NCBI GenBank assembly: GCA_964016885.1
Contig: CAXHJY010000725.1
Span: 1 to 64,000, forward strand
DNA length: 64,000 nt
Reading direction: 5' to 3'
Source of the DNA: Eledone cirrhosa
Lineage: Eukaryota
The notes below the pieces were generated by a model. That model had not been told where the DNA came from. It did no database searches and saw only the letters and a list, made by a program, of their open reading frames with translations. Positions 14,209-27,505 of this stretch are shown piece by piece. A program made the translations under genes and the position numbers. The stretch's first letter is position 1, and each line of letters begins with the position of its first letter.

Positions 14209-15163
14209 TTATCAATGTTTGTACATATAATTAACCTCCTATTTAACTGAAGAATCATATAGATACATATATATTGATGTTGTGAACAACAGTTTAGTAT
14301 ATATAGGGTGTAATGGATGTGATATATATTATACAAGAATTGTACAATAATTCAAATTCAAGTTAAAGTTAAAATTAAAATTAAAAGCACAGATTGGAAT
14401 ACATGCGAAAGATAATACAAGAGAATAGTCTAATAATTAAAGAAGCAATGTGAAAGGAGTATTCAAGCGTGTAGAGATTGTACATGCGTTAGTCATATAT
14501 CAGGGTAGCAAACAAGCAAATATATTATGCATATATGAGTACTGTATGGCAAGGTATTACATAAAAGCTCTTAAACGTGTTATGGAGGATATAGGTCAAT
14601 ATTTTCTGTATAGTTCAAATTTGTATGTGTGTAGAATATGAGAGTTACTGATTTCTCATCCATTACATATGTTAAGTTATGTTTTAGTTAATGTTTGTAT
14701 TGAATGTTAGTTATAGTAATGGATCGTAACTAGGTCATATTGTATTCAAATTCTTGGATTAGAGTTATTCCACATCGAGATCTTTCAACGGTTTAATATC
14801 CGGAAGTGGATACGGAATTAAGGGGAGCTAATGGTTAAGGGGAGGTAACTAGCTGAATACATTACTTGTTCCAATGGACATTATATATTGTCACAATTGA
14901 ATCCCTTATACAAAATATTATATATTTATATTTAATTTTAAATACAGTCTCATAATATATTAAAGCTTTCATTAGAATGTTGTCTACTCAATATTTGGCA
15001 AGGTATGGAATAACGTATAGCTGTTTGCATGTTAAATTAGATAAATCACTTATGTAAATAAATTAATTAATCCTATATATATAAGGAAAAGAATTACTTC
15101 ACTTGTAGTTCTAAACAATTTAATTCAATTTTATAATATTATAATTTTACTACAATTTGATTT

Positions 15164-15204
<41 letters not shown>

Positions 15205-15208
<4 letters not shown>

Positions 15209-15953
15209 CCTTTATTTACGTGTCCCAACGACTTTTTTTTAGCCGTTGCTCGCACCAACCTGAGGTATATGGCCTTTAATGCGACGAAATGCCTACGACG
15301 GTTGGAAGGCCACTGATGAGGACAAACTTTTTCATATGTAACCCATTTGCAGCGCCGCAGCTCCATTATTATCATATTTACACATATATTTTTTCCTCCG
15401 CTGCCACCAGTCTCTTTCGTTCTTTGTGTCTTTACCCTTTCTAGCAGTCTCTCTCTCTCTGTTAGCCTCTTCCTCACCTTTCACTCACTCACTCTCTGTC
15501 ACTACCTCTCCTCCTCCCCTTTCTTCCCGTTTGACCTGTCCGTAATCCTTTTCTCGCGGGCACTTGGCCAAGCCGGTATGAATTTTTTTTCTCTCTCTCT
15601 CATCTGCGACTTCACAGAACTTATGTTTACCGAATTCGCAGACCAGACCCCTTCTTCCTCCCGTTAGACCTGTGCAAAATTCCTTCCTTGCTCACATTTC
15701 AACCAGGTTTGATGGTCTTTATTCTCTCGTTCACGATTCCACCGAATTTATATTCATAGAAATCTGGGACTTGTTTCCTTCTTCATCACTTTCTGCTGCT
15801 TAAACCATTTTTTGTTTGTTTACCCTAGCGTCCCCTTTATTTACGTGTCCCAACGACTTTTTTTAGCCGTTGCTTGCACCAACCGGAGGTATATGGTCTT
15901 TAATGCGACGAAATGCCTACGACGGTTGGAAGGCCACTGATGAGGACAAACTT

Positions 15954-15960
<7 letters not shown>
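15205..15960 (+). mobile_element. Partial-tandem (TA)n-flanked element (~625-bp unit)
   Basis: 15205-15335 repeated at 15830-15960; homologous to 6513-6890 and 34351-34730. Confidence 0.75.
15255..15323 (+). ncRNA. Putative non-circularly permuted hammerhead ribozyme (copies 15879-15947 +, 6526-6594 -, 34364-34432 -)
   Basis: ccaacc-tga-ggtat-A-tggcctt-taatgcgac-GAA-atgcc-tacgac-ggttgg-aaggcca-CTGATGA-g. Three stems with covariation; helix II weak. Confidence 0.5.
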
Positions 15961-15992
<32 letters not shown>

Positions 15993-16029
15993 AAAATTGA
16001 TTGAACGGGAACAAAACAGAGGCAGTACG

Positions 16030-16075
<46 letters not shown>

Positions 16076-16077
<2 letters not shown>

Positions 16078-17010
16078 CGTGTTAGATTCCCGGACTTCCA
16101 CACGGGAATATACCGTGACGATGGACTGACCTTATCGAGACATAAAAGTGGTCACGACCTCGACCGGTTTAAAAAAGACTTAGCTTCTACCTTCAATGAG
16201 TTAGGCTTTAGGATAACAGTAGCCACCAACCTCTCTAACATGGATTTCTTAGACATTAATTTAGACCTTCGCACACCCACACACAGACCCTTCCATAAGC
16301 TAAACGAGAAAGTTAATTACATTCACAAGGACTTATGCCACCCTCCCACTGTTTTTAGAAACCTCGTTAAGAATATCAGTACTAGAATCTCAAATCTCTC
16401 CTCTAATAAGGCTATCTTTGACAGGGCGGCACCCTACTATAACACGGCGTTGGCTAACAGCGGCTTCTCACAACCTATCACCTACTCTCCCACTAGCAAC
16501 AACACCATTGAAAAAGTAAGCGCATCAATAGACAAACTATCTGGTTCTCTCCTCCCTTCTCACTCAACGTTAAAACCAATGTAAGAAAAAAATGTCTAGC
16601 CATCTTAGATAGAGACTTCCCCATAGGTCATAAATACCGCTCCATCTTTAACCGACACAAAGTTAAACTATGATACTCCTGCGCTAAGAACATGAAGGCC
16701 CACATCACCAGCAGCCCTAGGAGCATCACCCCACCAGGGCCGATTCAAGGAGCGTTTCCTGAACCACCAGTCTACCTTCAGATACCCGGACAGACGTTCA
16801 TCCACGAAACTCGCGAGCCACGTATGGTCCCTCAAGGACCCAAGCCATACGCAAGGGGAAATCCGACGTGTGGCTTATGTATTGACGAACGAATAACTAT
16901 CCTAAAGAGATTACGCAATAGTGATTGCCTAAACACGAGAGTGAATTTTTCACACGTTGTCCACACGTGACCAAACATCTATTACATAACTACAAGGCTC
17001 CGGACTGATT
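16076..17010 (+). pseudogene. PLE reverse transcriptase / endonuclease remnant (frameshifted, internally deleted)
   Basis: GIYRDDGL, DFLDINLDL, YIHKDLCHPP, CGLCIDE...LNTR motifs. Confidence 0.85.
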
Positions 17011-17198
17011 CTTTGTCATTTTATTTTTTTATTTTTTTATTTTATTTTCAACCAAAAAACTTTCCGGACTTTCGCAGTTATCTCCCTTACACCCCCCCCC
17101 CCCCCGCACGCAGGCTACTTTGCCTGTGTGAAGTGACCGAGTTTCTGCGCATGCGCGTTCGTACGGTTGTCCTTCCTGTTCCTATAACCATATACATC

Positions 17199-17238
17199 CC
17201 GAGCTGAATATCCGCGAAGGTGAAACAATTGTTCTCGG
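17199..17238 (+). ncRNA. Hammerhead motif in PLE pLTR (core mutated to CUGAAUA)
   Basis: ccgag-ctgaata-tcc gcgaa ggt-gaaa-caattg-tt-ctcgg; the copy at 3374-3443 has canonical ctgagga. Confidence 0.65.
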
Positions 17239-17332
17239 TATGGTGAACTAACTGTTGTGTAACCACTTCTATCTAACTCGTCCCTTGGACTGAGTGCTCT
17301 ACTACTACGGATATTACATTCCAGTGTTCCAC

Positions 17333-17393
<61 letters not shown>

Positions 17394-17844
17394 CAAAAAA
17401 ACAGACAGACACACACACACGTACACACACATATACACACACTCACACACACACATATACAGACATGTGTGTCTGTGTGCATGCTTCTATAGTATAGGTG
17501 GTTCTTAAAATGCTTTGCAAGAGCCATTTTTGCCAATACAGAACTAACTTTATATAGTTTGCCAAATTTAACTCCACAGATATCTCAGAGAAGATTGTTA
17601 TTGTGAGGTCTTTGAATGAGATATACTGAAGTTATAGTCTTAAGTCTAGTGCTCTTGCAGTCATTTCACATGGGGTATTTGCATTTGGGAGCTTGGTTCT
17701 TTTGTGTATGTATATATGTATTTCCTGGACACAAACTCTCATGTATTGTGAAGTGTTTAGAGTCATTATATGTGTAGTTTATATTTGTATATTTATATTT
17801 TCATTCTGAAAGAATTGTGATCACATTGTAATGTTATTGATACA

Positions 17845-18038
17845 ATAATTGTTTCTACTTTAGGCACAAGGCCAGCAAATTAGCCAGTACATTACAGGTA
17901 CTTTATTTTATCGACCCGGTAAGGATGAAAGGCAAAGTTAACCTTGGCGGGATTTGAACTCAGAATGGCAAGGGCCATAACTCTATGCTACAAAGCATGG
18001 TGTCCGACCCTCTACCGATACTGCCAAATCACCACCCT
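17845..18038 (-). mobile_element. tRNA-derived SINE (Nin-domain-like)
   Basis: Same family as 4318 and 57192. Confidence 0.8.
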
Positions 18039-18094
18039 TGATACAATAATGAATTATTAATAATGTTATTGATACAATAATAAATTATATGTAG

Positions 18095-18146
18095 CACCAC
18101 CAACACCACCACCACCACTATCATCATTATCATCATCATCATCTTT

Positions 18147-18181
<35 letters not shown>

Positions 18182-18488
18182 TACCATTATCATCATCGTA
18201 GTCATCATCGTCATCATCACCACCACCACTACAACCACTACCACCATCATCATCATTACCACCACAACCACCAGCACCATCATCATCATTACCACCACAA
18301 CCACCACCACCACCACCACCACCACCACCATCATCATCATTATCATCATCATCATAATAATCATGATAATTATTATCATAATCATCATCATCATCATCAT
18401 CATTCTCATCATCATCATCATCATCATCATGGACACCATCATCTTCATTATCATCATCACCATCGTCATCACCCCCACCAGCCCCACC

Positions 18489-18541
<53 letters not shown>
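18095..18541. repeat. (ATC)n/(ACC)n trinucleotide tract
   Basis: Seen directly. Similar tracts at 20383-20580, 32385-32690, 32808-32957, 56775-57062. Confidence 0.95.
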
Positions 18542-18582
18542 GTAATGTCCTCTGTAGTGATATGGTACACCTACTCTAAATC

Positions 18583-18925
18583 TAGGCAGCGAAATGGCAG
18601 AGTCATTAGGACATCGGAAAGAATGCTTTCTGGTAATTTTTCTAGCTCTCTGCTCTCAGAGTTCAAATCCCGCCGAGGTCAACTTTGCCTTTCATCCTTT
18701 CGAGGTCGATAAAATAAAGTACCAGTAATGCACTGGGATAATTGCTGGCCTTGTGCCAAAAGTAGAAACAATTATTCTAAGGCAGCAAATTGACAGAGTT
18801 GTTAGAACATAGGAGAGAATACTTTGCCTTTTGGTTCTCTACATTCTGAGTTCAAAACACACTGAGGTCAACTTTGCCATTGAACCTCTCAAGGTGTATA
18901 GAAAAATACTGGTTTAAACCTGGGG
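18583..18925 (+). mobile_element. Two tandem tRNA-derived SINEs (Nin-domain-like)
   Basis: A-box-like tggcagagtcattagg, B-box gagttcaaatccc, central gcctttcatcctttcgaggtcgataaaataaagtaccag. Confidence 0.75.
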
Positions 18926-19074
18926 TTGTGTGATACTTCCTCTATATCTTACTTCATCCTCTCTCTCTCTCTCTCTCTCTCTGTCTCTTTCACTAGAAAA
19001 AATTAGCTGTGTTCAGAACTGGCAACGAGATGTGCTCCACTATGTTTAAAATATCCAAGACCTTACAGATCCAT

Positions 19075-19280
19075 CATTAATACAGCTGGAATGGCTCTTC
19101 CAGTGCGTCTCCCTCACCATCCTCTGTGGAAACGGCTTCTCTATTCTGTCCACCTGGGGCAGCAGGATAGCCACTGTGTGGGCCCCCATTTTCTCACAAT
19201 TGAGAAAGATGGAGAGTGCAGAGACAGTTGGAGTTTGGTTCTTTTGTGTTTGGACTTGGTGTATATATGTGTGTAAGAGA
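19075..19280. repeat. Unclassified dispersed repeat (also 19650-19790 and, inverted, 28555-28780)
   Basis: Shared ctggaatggctcttccagtgc.tctccctcaccatcctc core in three places. Confidence 0.6.
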
Positions 19281-19429
19281 GAATGAATCATTAGTAATTC
19301 TAAACCAGATAGACACAGCAGATTTGAACTGATAATGTTAAAAGATTTTAAAAAAAAATTATCTATCACTTAGTCAGCAGAAATAGCAGTGTCCATAACA
19401 ATTTTCAAGACCATACCTTTTAAGGTATA

Positions 19430-19600
19430 TGGAGATGCATGGCTTAGTGGTAAGGGTGTTGGATTTACGATAATAATGTTGTGGGTTCAATTCCTGGGAT
19501 GGGTTGCGTGTTGTGTTCTTGAGCAAAACACTTCATTTCATGTTGCTCCAGTATACTCAGCTGAAAATGAGTACCAGCAATAGATGGAGGTTTAATCCTG
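19430..19600 (+). mobile_element. tRNA-derived SINE head and central domain
   Basis: tggcttagtggtaag A-box, gggttcaattcc B-box, tgtgttcttgagcaaaacact central domain; like 33865. Confidence 0.7.
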
Positions 19601-20875
19601 CTCACTCCCATCAACACAGAGTTGGCTACCTGCTGGTGTGAACCTCGTGAGCTGGAATGGCTCTTCCAGTGCATCTCCCTCACCATCCTCCGGGAAAACA
19701 TCTCCTCTGGGGCTGCGGGGTGGCCAGCCCATGGGCTCCCATTTGCTCACAATAGTGAGAGATGAGGAGATGAGAGAGACAGAACAGAAGAAGTGACAGT
19801 GACTCATGTATTATGACATTTAAATGTTTTCCTTTAGTGATATGATTTTTTTAATTGTACATTTAGACTATAACATCACTTTCAAATACCACAAAGGCAG
19901 TTTATTCGATGCTCTAACGATTTTACCAGATTACTCCCCTTGGTTAACACTTTATACCTCAACCTCCTCTCCCGGAAGTACAGAAAACAGCAAAATTAAC
20001 CCCATGCAGATTTAAACTCAAAACACAAGAAGCCTGAATAAACACTGCTAGGTATTTTTGCATTTTGTCCAAATGAAGACTATAAATACTGAAAGTCAAT
20101 GTGATCTGAATTTTATCCATTTCCAAGAAAAACTCAATTCAGCAGTAAATAAATAAACCAATTCTTTTCTGATGTACTCAAAAGACCGAAGCTGAAAATG
20201 AAAACACAAATCTTAATTCTTTAAATCTTTGGTCTTTGTTTATTATTGTCCCTTGTTCAAGTATTTTTTTAAGAATATAAGAATTGGGACGAAACATTGA
20301 TAAATGGATAACTACTAACAATAATCTCTTTCTTTTAAGACATCAATTTATCATAATTTGTTCTTACAATGTGGTCATCCTGACCACCACCACCACCACT
20401 GCCATCACTATCACCTTCATTATGATCATCATAATTACCATCATCAGCATCATCATCATCATCATCATCATCACCATCACCATCACCATCATCATCATTA
20501 TCATCATTCTCATCATTACCAATATGATATTCATCATTGTCATCCTCATCACCATCATCATCATCATCATCATCATTGCCATGATGATGAAGAAGATATA
20601 CACACAGACACATCTATATATATATATATATATACAGGTATGTGTATTTGTATATCTAACTTCCAAAATTCATAGCTAAAAGACTTTCAAATGTTTATTT
20701 GTAAACATACCATATATTACTAGATATACAAATACATATAACTATATGTATACAGCTATGTCGGAGTGAACACCCTAATATATATATGTGTGTATATTCT
20801 GTATGAGCAAGACACAGTCACCTGACCCAACTTGCTTCAAACGGGACAACCATTTGATGTACGTATGTATGTATC

Positions 20876-21037
20876 ATTATCATCATCATCATTAAACATC
20901 CATTTTCCATGCTAGCATGGGTTAGACAGGTTGTTTCTTTAGAAGAATGTTGGGTCAGGTGACCGTGTCTTACTCATATAGAACTGTTTCTGGCTAGATT
21001 TCTATGGCTAGATGCCTTTCCTAACACCAACCACATT
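20876..21037 (-). mobile_element. RTE/SINE 3' tail fragment (also 25335-25500, 35140-35340, 57505-57680)
   Basis: Reverse complement of the RTE 3' UTR at 22500-22670, ending in (GAT)n. Confidence 0.7.
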
Positions 21038-21208
21038 TAAAGTCTGTGCTGAGTGCTTTTTGTTGTGATACCTACACGGGCATGGTGGTGTGTGGAAGGG
21101 GGTATAGTGGTTAAGAGGCGCCTACTAGATGTATATTTTAGTCTATGCACATGGATATATATATGTATATATATAACGCCCTCGTATATAATATATATAT
21201 ATATATAT

Positions 21209-22675
21209 ACATGTATAGGGGAGCAGTCAGCAAAGTTAGGATTGGCAATGAGTATAGCGAGGAATTTAGCGTACAGGTCGGTATCCACCAGGGCTCTGTT
21301 CTTAGCCCTCTCCTGTTCATCATAGTCCTGCAGGCAATAACGGAGGAGTTTAAGACCGGATGCCCATGGGAACTGCTGTATGCAGATGACCTCACACTTA
21401 TAGCTGAATCTATGGTGGAACTAGAGAAGAAATTCCAAACTTGGAAGCAGGGACTAGAAAGAAAGCGTCTCAAAGTCAACCTGACAAAGACTAAGGTCCT
21501 TGTAAGTAGACGAGAAAACAGAACCCAGATCCCCTCAGGGAAATAGCCTTGCTCAGTATGTAGGAAAGGTGTAGGTAGGAACTCCATTCTCTGCCCCAAA
21601 TGCAAACAATGGGTACACAAGAGATGTAGCGGGATCTTAGGAAGCTTAACTAAGAATATAGGCTTCACATGCAGCAGCTGTGCTGGGACAGCAAGCAGCA
21701 AACAGCCACAGGAAACAAGTACCACCAATCTCTGGGAGGGTTCTGTAGAAACAGTAGACAACTTTTGCTACCTAGGTGACCGAATTAGCAGCGGAGGTGG
21801 GTGTTCAGAAAGTACAGTAACCAGGGTAAGAACGGGATAGAAGAAGTTCAGGGAGCTACTGCCACTGCTAGTTGCAAAAGGCTTTTCTATCAAAATGAAA
21901 GGCAGACTGTATGATGCGTGTATACGAACAGCAATGTTACATGGTAGTGAGACCTGGACGCTGAAGGTGGAAGACTTGCATAGATTAGAAAGAAACGAAG
22001 CCTGCATGCTGCGATGGATGTGTAATAATAATATACGCGTACGGCAAAGCAGAAATGAATTGAGAGATAGACTGAGCATAAGAGGAATCAAATGCTGTGT
22101 GCAGGAGTGGCGGTTGCGTTGGTATGGACATGTGATGCGTATGAAGGATGACAGCTGCATAAAAAGGTGCAGTGCACTAGAAGTCAATGGAAACCGCGGA
22201 GTGGGGAGACCCAAGGAGACCTGGGATGAGGTGATAAAAGCCGACCTTACCCAATTACACCTCGCAAAGGCGATGACACACGACCGTGACCTCTGGCTTC
22301 ACGCAGTAATACAGAGTACCCGACTTCCCATGGGTACAAGCCGAAGCTGAAGCCAAAGCTGAAGCATATAGATAATATGCCCCCACACTCTCCCACTGCA
22401 AAGTGGTCATGGAGTTGCCACGGCAAAAAAGCACCCAGCCCACACTATAAAGTGGACGTGTAGGCGCCACATAAAAAAGCATCCAGCACTCACTGTAAAT
22501 GAGGTTGGCGTTAGCAAGGGCATCCAGCTGAAGAAATCAAGCCAAAATCAGTTCCTGTATGAGCAAGACAAGGTCAGCCGACCAGACACTGCCCACAACA
22601 GGACAACCCGTCTAACCTATGCTAGCATGAAAGAACGGACGTAAAACGGTGATGATGATGATGATGATGATGATA
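21209..22675 (+). mobile_element. 5'-truncated RTE-clade LINE
   Basis: GIHQGSVLSPLLF, LLYADDL, KGRLYDACIRTAMLHGSETW, RLRWYGHVMRM, GRPKETW; in-frame stops; (GAT)n tail. Confidence 0.9.
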
Positions 22676-22770
22676 CATATATATATATTTATACATATAT
22701 ATATACATATATATATATGTCACATATGAAATACTGTTGGCTTCATGCTCACAATAATTTCTATACTTTC

Positions 22771-22810
<40 letters not shown>

Positions 22811-22811
22811 G

Positions 22812-24782
22812 AGACAGGCATGGAAAGAATGGAAGAACAGGGGAAGCAGGGTACATTGCATAGATACCAGGAGGAAAGCTAGGTGGTAAGTATACTTAGC
22901 TAGGGAAGCGGAGGATAGAAAATTCAAGCTTATTTTGCAGTGTGAGGACTAGAAACAGGAGGTGTTCAGGATTGGGTGTCATACCAAAGGATTGGTGCAG
23001 CAGCATCATTGTCAACTGCTAAAAGGGTAAAGGTGATGCATTAAATAGAGGAAACTATAGAAGTATAATGCTGATGGACCAGGCCATGAAAGTAACAGAA
23101 AGAGTTATAGCACAGTTGATTAGGGACTGGGTAAAACCAGATGAGATGCAATTTGGGTTTGTGCCAGTAAAAGGCAGCACTGTGAGGCAGTTACAGGAAA
23201 AGTACCTAGCTAAATGTAAGCCACTCTACCGGGTATGTGTCGATCTGGAAAAGCTCTCAACAGACTGCCCCATACTATAATCTGGTGGGCTCTTAGAAAA
23301 CTAGGAGTAGATGAATGGCTTGTGAAAGCTGTACAAGCCATGTATAGGGGAGCAGTCAGCAAAGTTAGGGCTAGCAATGACTATAGAGAGGAATTTAGCA
23401 TACAGGTTGGTGTCCACCAGGGCTCTGTTCTTAGTCTCTCCTGTTAATTATAGTATTGCAGGTAATAATGGAGGAGCTTAAGACCAGATGCCGATGGCAA
23501 CTCCTATATGTGGATGATCTCACACTTATAGCTGAATCTATGGTAGAACTAGAGAAGAAATTCCAAACATCGAAGCAGGAATTAGAAAGAATGGGTCTCA
23601 AAGTCAACCTGACAAAGACTATGGTCCTCATAAGTAACGAGAAAACAGAACCCAGATCCCCTCAGGGAAATGGCCTTGCTCAGTATGTAGGAAAGGTGTA
23701 GGTAGGAACTCCATCTTCTGTCCCAAATGCAAACAATGGGTACACAAGAGATTTAGTGGGATCTCAGGAAGCTTAGTTAAGAATGCAGTCTTTACATATA
23801 GCAGCTGCGCCGAGACAGCAGGAAACAAACAGCCACAGGAAACAAGCACCACCAAACTCTGGGAGGGTTCTGTAGAAACAGTAGACAACTTTTACTATCT
23901 AGGTGACCTAATTAGCAGCAGAGGTGGGTGTTTGGAAAGTACAGTAACCAGGGTAAGAATGGGATAGAAGAAGTTCAGGGAGCTACTGCCACTGCTAGCT
24001 GCAAAAGGCTTTTCCCTCAAAATGAAAGGCAGACTGTATGATGCGTGTATACAAACAGCAATGTTACATGATAGTGAGACCTGGGCGCTGTGTGTAGAAG
24101 ACTCACATAGATTAGAAAGAAACGAAGCCTGCATGCTCCGATGGGTGTGTAATAGTAATATATGCGAACGGCAAAGCATAAACAAATTGAGAGAGAGACT
24201 GAGCATAAGAGGAATCAAATGCTGTGTGTAGGAGAGGCGGTTGCATTGGTATGGACACGTGATGCATATGAAGGATGACAGCTGCATAAAACGGTGCAGA
24301 GCACTAGAAGTCGATGGAAGCCATGGAGTGGGGAGACCCAAGAAGACCTGGGATGAGGTGATAAAAGCTGACCTTACCCAATTGCACTCAAAGACAAATA
24401 CACAGGACCGTGACCTCTGGTGTCACGCAGTAATACAGAAGACCTGACTTCCCACGGGTACAAGTCTAAACTGAAGCATATAGACAATATGCCCCCGCCC
24501 CCTCCCACTGCAAAATGGTCATGGAGGTACCAAGGCAAAAAAGCACCCAGCCCACACTGTAAAGGGGTCGTGTAGGCACCACGGAAAAAAAGCACCCAGC
24601 ACTCACTGTAAATGTGGTTGGTGTTAGGAAGGGCATCCAGCTGTAGAAATCAAGCCAGAATCAGTTCCTGTATGAGCAAGACATGGTCACCCACCGGGCA
24701 CTTCCCACAACAGGACAACTCATCTAACCATGCTAGCGTGGAAGAATGGTTGTAAAACGGTTATGATGACGATGATGATGAT
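22812..24782 (+). mobile_element. Second decayed RTE-clade LINE, same family
   Basis: KGKGDALNRGNYR, QFGFVP, GVHQGSVLS, LLYVDDL; frameshifts; (GAT)n tail. Confidence 0.9.
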
Positions 24783-26101
24783 ATATATATATAAGGCCTC
24801 CTTATATATATCATCTGTCTACTAAATTCACTTACAAAGCATTGATTAGCTTGCGCTTACAGTACATGATCAAATACACATACTTTATAATGCTGCACAA
24901 TGGAATTTAGTCCATATAATTTGAAAAGCAAAATTCTTGCCTACATGACCATGTATTTATATGAACTAGGATGATTCATATCTTAGTAGGTGAAATCAGA
25001 TATGATCAGATAACTAATGACTCCCACACTCAGTAGAAAAGGAAATTAGCCTATCTGCCAGCCTATTGGACACACTTTTTTCTTTATAAAAAACTCTTCC
25101 CAGCATCCAATACGCCCATTTCACTGGTGGGGGGGGGGGGGGGGGGGTTGAAAGGGTGGGTGATAGGGCGAGGACAATCACGGTTTTAAAAAATTTAGTT
25201 TGTATTGCTATTAGTATTACTAATACAGTAATACAATATAATTTTTATTAGGAAAGTGTGGACTTATTTAAATCTAAAATAATAAAATTAAATTTTAATA
25301 AGTTACCTTAACTTTAATAACTCTTTGAATTCCATTATCATCATCATCCTCATCATCATCATCATTTAACGTCCATTTTCTACGCTAGCATGGGTTTGAT
25401 GGATTGTCCTGTTTGAGGCAAGTCAGATCAGGTGACCATGTCTTGCTCATACAGAACTGTTTCTGGCTTGTTTTCTATGGCTGGATACCCTTCCTAACTT
25501 TTCAAATGTCATTATATGTCATCTAAACACCCACATCATATCAGTGGTGACACATGTATCATAGGTTCGGTCCTTTCATTGTCCTAGAATCTTGGCATGG
25601 AGAAATTTGTCTTTCATCTGTTACACTCTGATATACTCCCAAAAAGTGAGGCATGATCGTGAAAAAAGATCTGCTACTAGGGCACCAGTCAAATCACTAG
25701 GGATTGCACAGGTCAGTTGCTATGGTTGCTTATTAAGGGACAATACATGTTATTGTTGCATGCAAGCCATCTCCCACCTACATAATTATCCCCTAACCTC
25801 TCCCACCCCTCAACACACACACAACCACAACATCAACGCATCTATCCTAAATTTAAATGAGTGTTGGGGATCATGCACAGGGCTCATTAGCTAATCAGGG
25901 ACAGAGGCATCATCTATGCTAGGCAAGTCCAGAGTGTGAGATTCATTGTTGGTGCTGACTTAATCCAATCACTTCAGAAAACTTCTTGAAAATTTAAACA
26001 TTAACTAATTTTTTTTATATTTGTATATAAGTTAGGAAACTTATATACTAAAACACTAGAACAGAAAACTGCAACAACAAAATAATAATAATAATAATAA
26101 T

Positions 26102-26772
26102 GATTTCATTTATTGGCCACAAGGGCCGACATGTAGGGGACAATACAAAGTCTGGGTCAGTGGGGGTTTACAATGAGCTCGAGTAAAAGTCACAGTGGCA
26201 AGACTAATTTAACAATGAAGATATAAAAATATAAAATAAACTATGCATAAATATAACAAAATAAATTCCCCTATAGGGGGTGGAAGACCCAGGGTTGACT
26301 CAGGTACCCCACTAATCCTGAACCACCCTGCGCTTCTAGGGCACCCAGGGAGAGCACCCCCCTCCTCAAGTTAGCTAGCCTATAGGCGCATGGTCAGATT
26401 CATCCACCTTTTAGCAAATGTACTGGGGGGAAGCACTTCTCTCGCCACCCTCACCTTCCTTTCCAGGTGAAACTTGAAAAAGTTGATGAGGGATTGGCCG
26501 AAGAGAAAAGTATCTGTCTTCAGTTCTTTCAGCCTGGTCCACCATATAACCTCTTTCGCAACTGCCACCAGACAGAGGAAAATTGCCTGCTCTTCCTGGC
26601 CAAAGGCGATCTTCATTATGGACTCGGCCGATAGCCGGATCCGTTCTACATGGGACAATAGCTGTTCGACATTACTCCACAAGTCAGTAATGCACGGACA
26701 CTGGACAAGTGTGTGCAGAACGGTTTCGTCGCTCTGTGTGCATCTCGAGCAGGTCCACCTGACAGCACTCCC
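26102..26772 (-). mobile_element. 3' fragment of a Tx1-clade element abutting (TAA)n
   Basis: ORF 26380-26682 (VAKEVIWWTRLK...FFKFHL) homologous to ORF2 C-terminus at 46858; same 3' motif gcccttgtggccaataaatgaaat. Confidence 0.85.
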
Positions 26773-26777
26773 GTATA

Positions 26778-27505
26778 ATAATTGTTTCTACTTTTGGCAC
26801 AAAGCCAGCAATTACCCAGTACATTACTGCTACTTTATTTTATCGACCCCGTAAGGATGAAAGGCAAAGTTAACCTTGGCGGGATTTGAACTCAGACCAT
26901 AAAGGGACGTAACTATGCTGCAAAGCATGGCGTCCAACCCTCTACTGATACTGCCAATTCACAGCACTTCTGTATAATAATAATAATAAATTGAGGCCCG
27001 AGCATGGCCTCTGCTGGAACAGGTAAAAGAGTAAATATAAATAGAAAAATAAAAACAAGATGTCAATAATAATGATCTCTACTTTAGGCACAAAGCTAAC
27101 TATTTGGTGGGCTAGGGAATGGAAAGTCGATCAAATTGACCCCAGTGCGTGACTAGTACTTTATTTTATCGACCACGTAAGGATGATAGGCAAAGTTAAC
27201 CTCAGCGGAATTTGAATTCAGATCATAAAGGGCCATAACTCTGTGCTGAAAAGCATGACGTCTGACCCTCTACCGATACTACTAATCCACCGCCCTTAAT
27301 AATGGTTTCTTATATAGGCACAAGGCCTGCAATTTTGGGGGAAGAAAAAGTTGATTAAATCGACCCCAGTATGTTACTGGTACTTTATTTTATCGACCCC
27401 GTAAGGATGAAAGGCAAAGTTAAACTCGGCGGGATTTGTACTCCGATCATATGCCATAAAGCATATTGTCCTACGCTCTACCGATACGGCCAATCTACCG
27501 CCCTG
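26778..27505 (-). mobile_element. Three tandem Nin-domain-like SINEs
   Basis: Copies at ~26778-26965, 27070-27297 and 27303-27505, separated by (TAA)n. Confidence 0.8.

Larger units (their letters stand above)
16076..17336 (+). mobile_element. 5'-truncated Penelope-like element (Neptune type) with 3' pLTR
   Basis: Flanked by (TA)n; RT/EN remnants followed by a hammerhead-containing terminal repeat. Confidence 0.85.
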
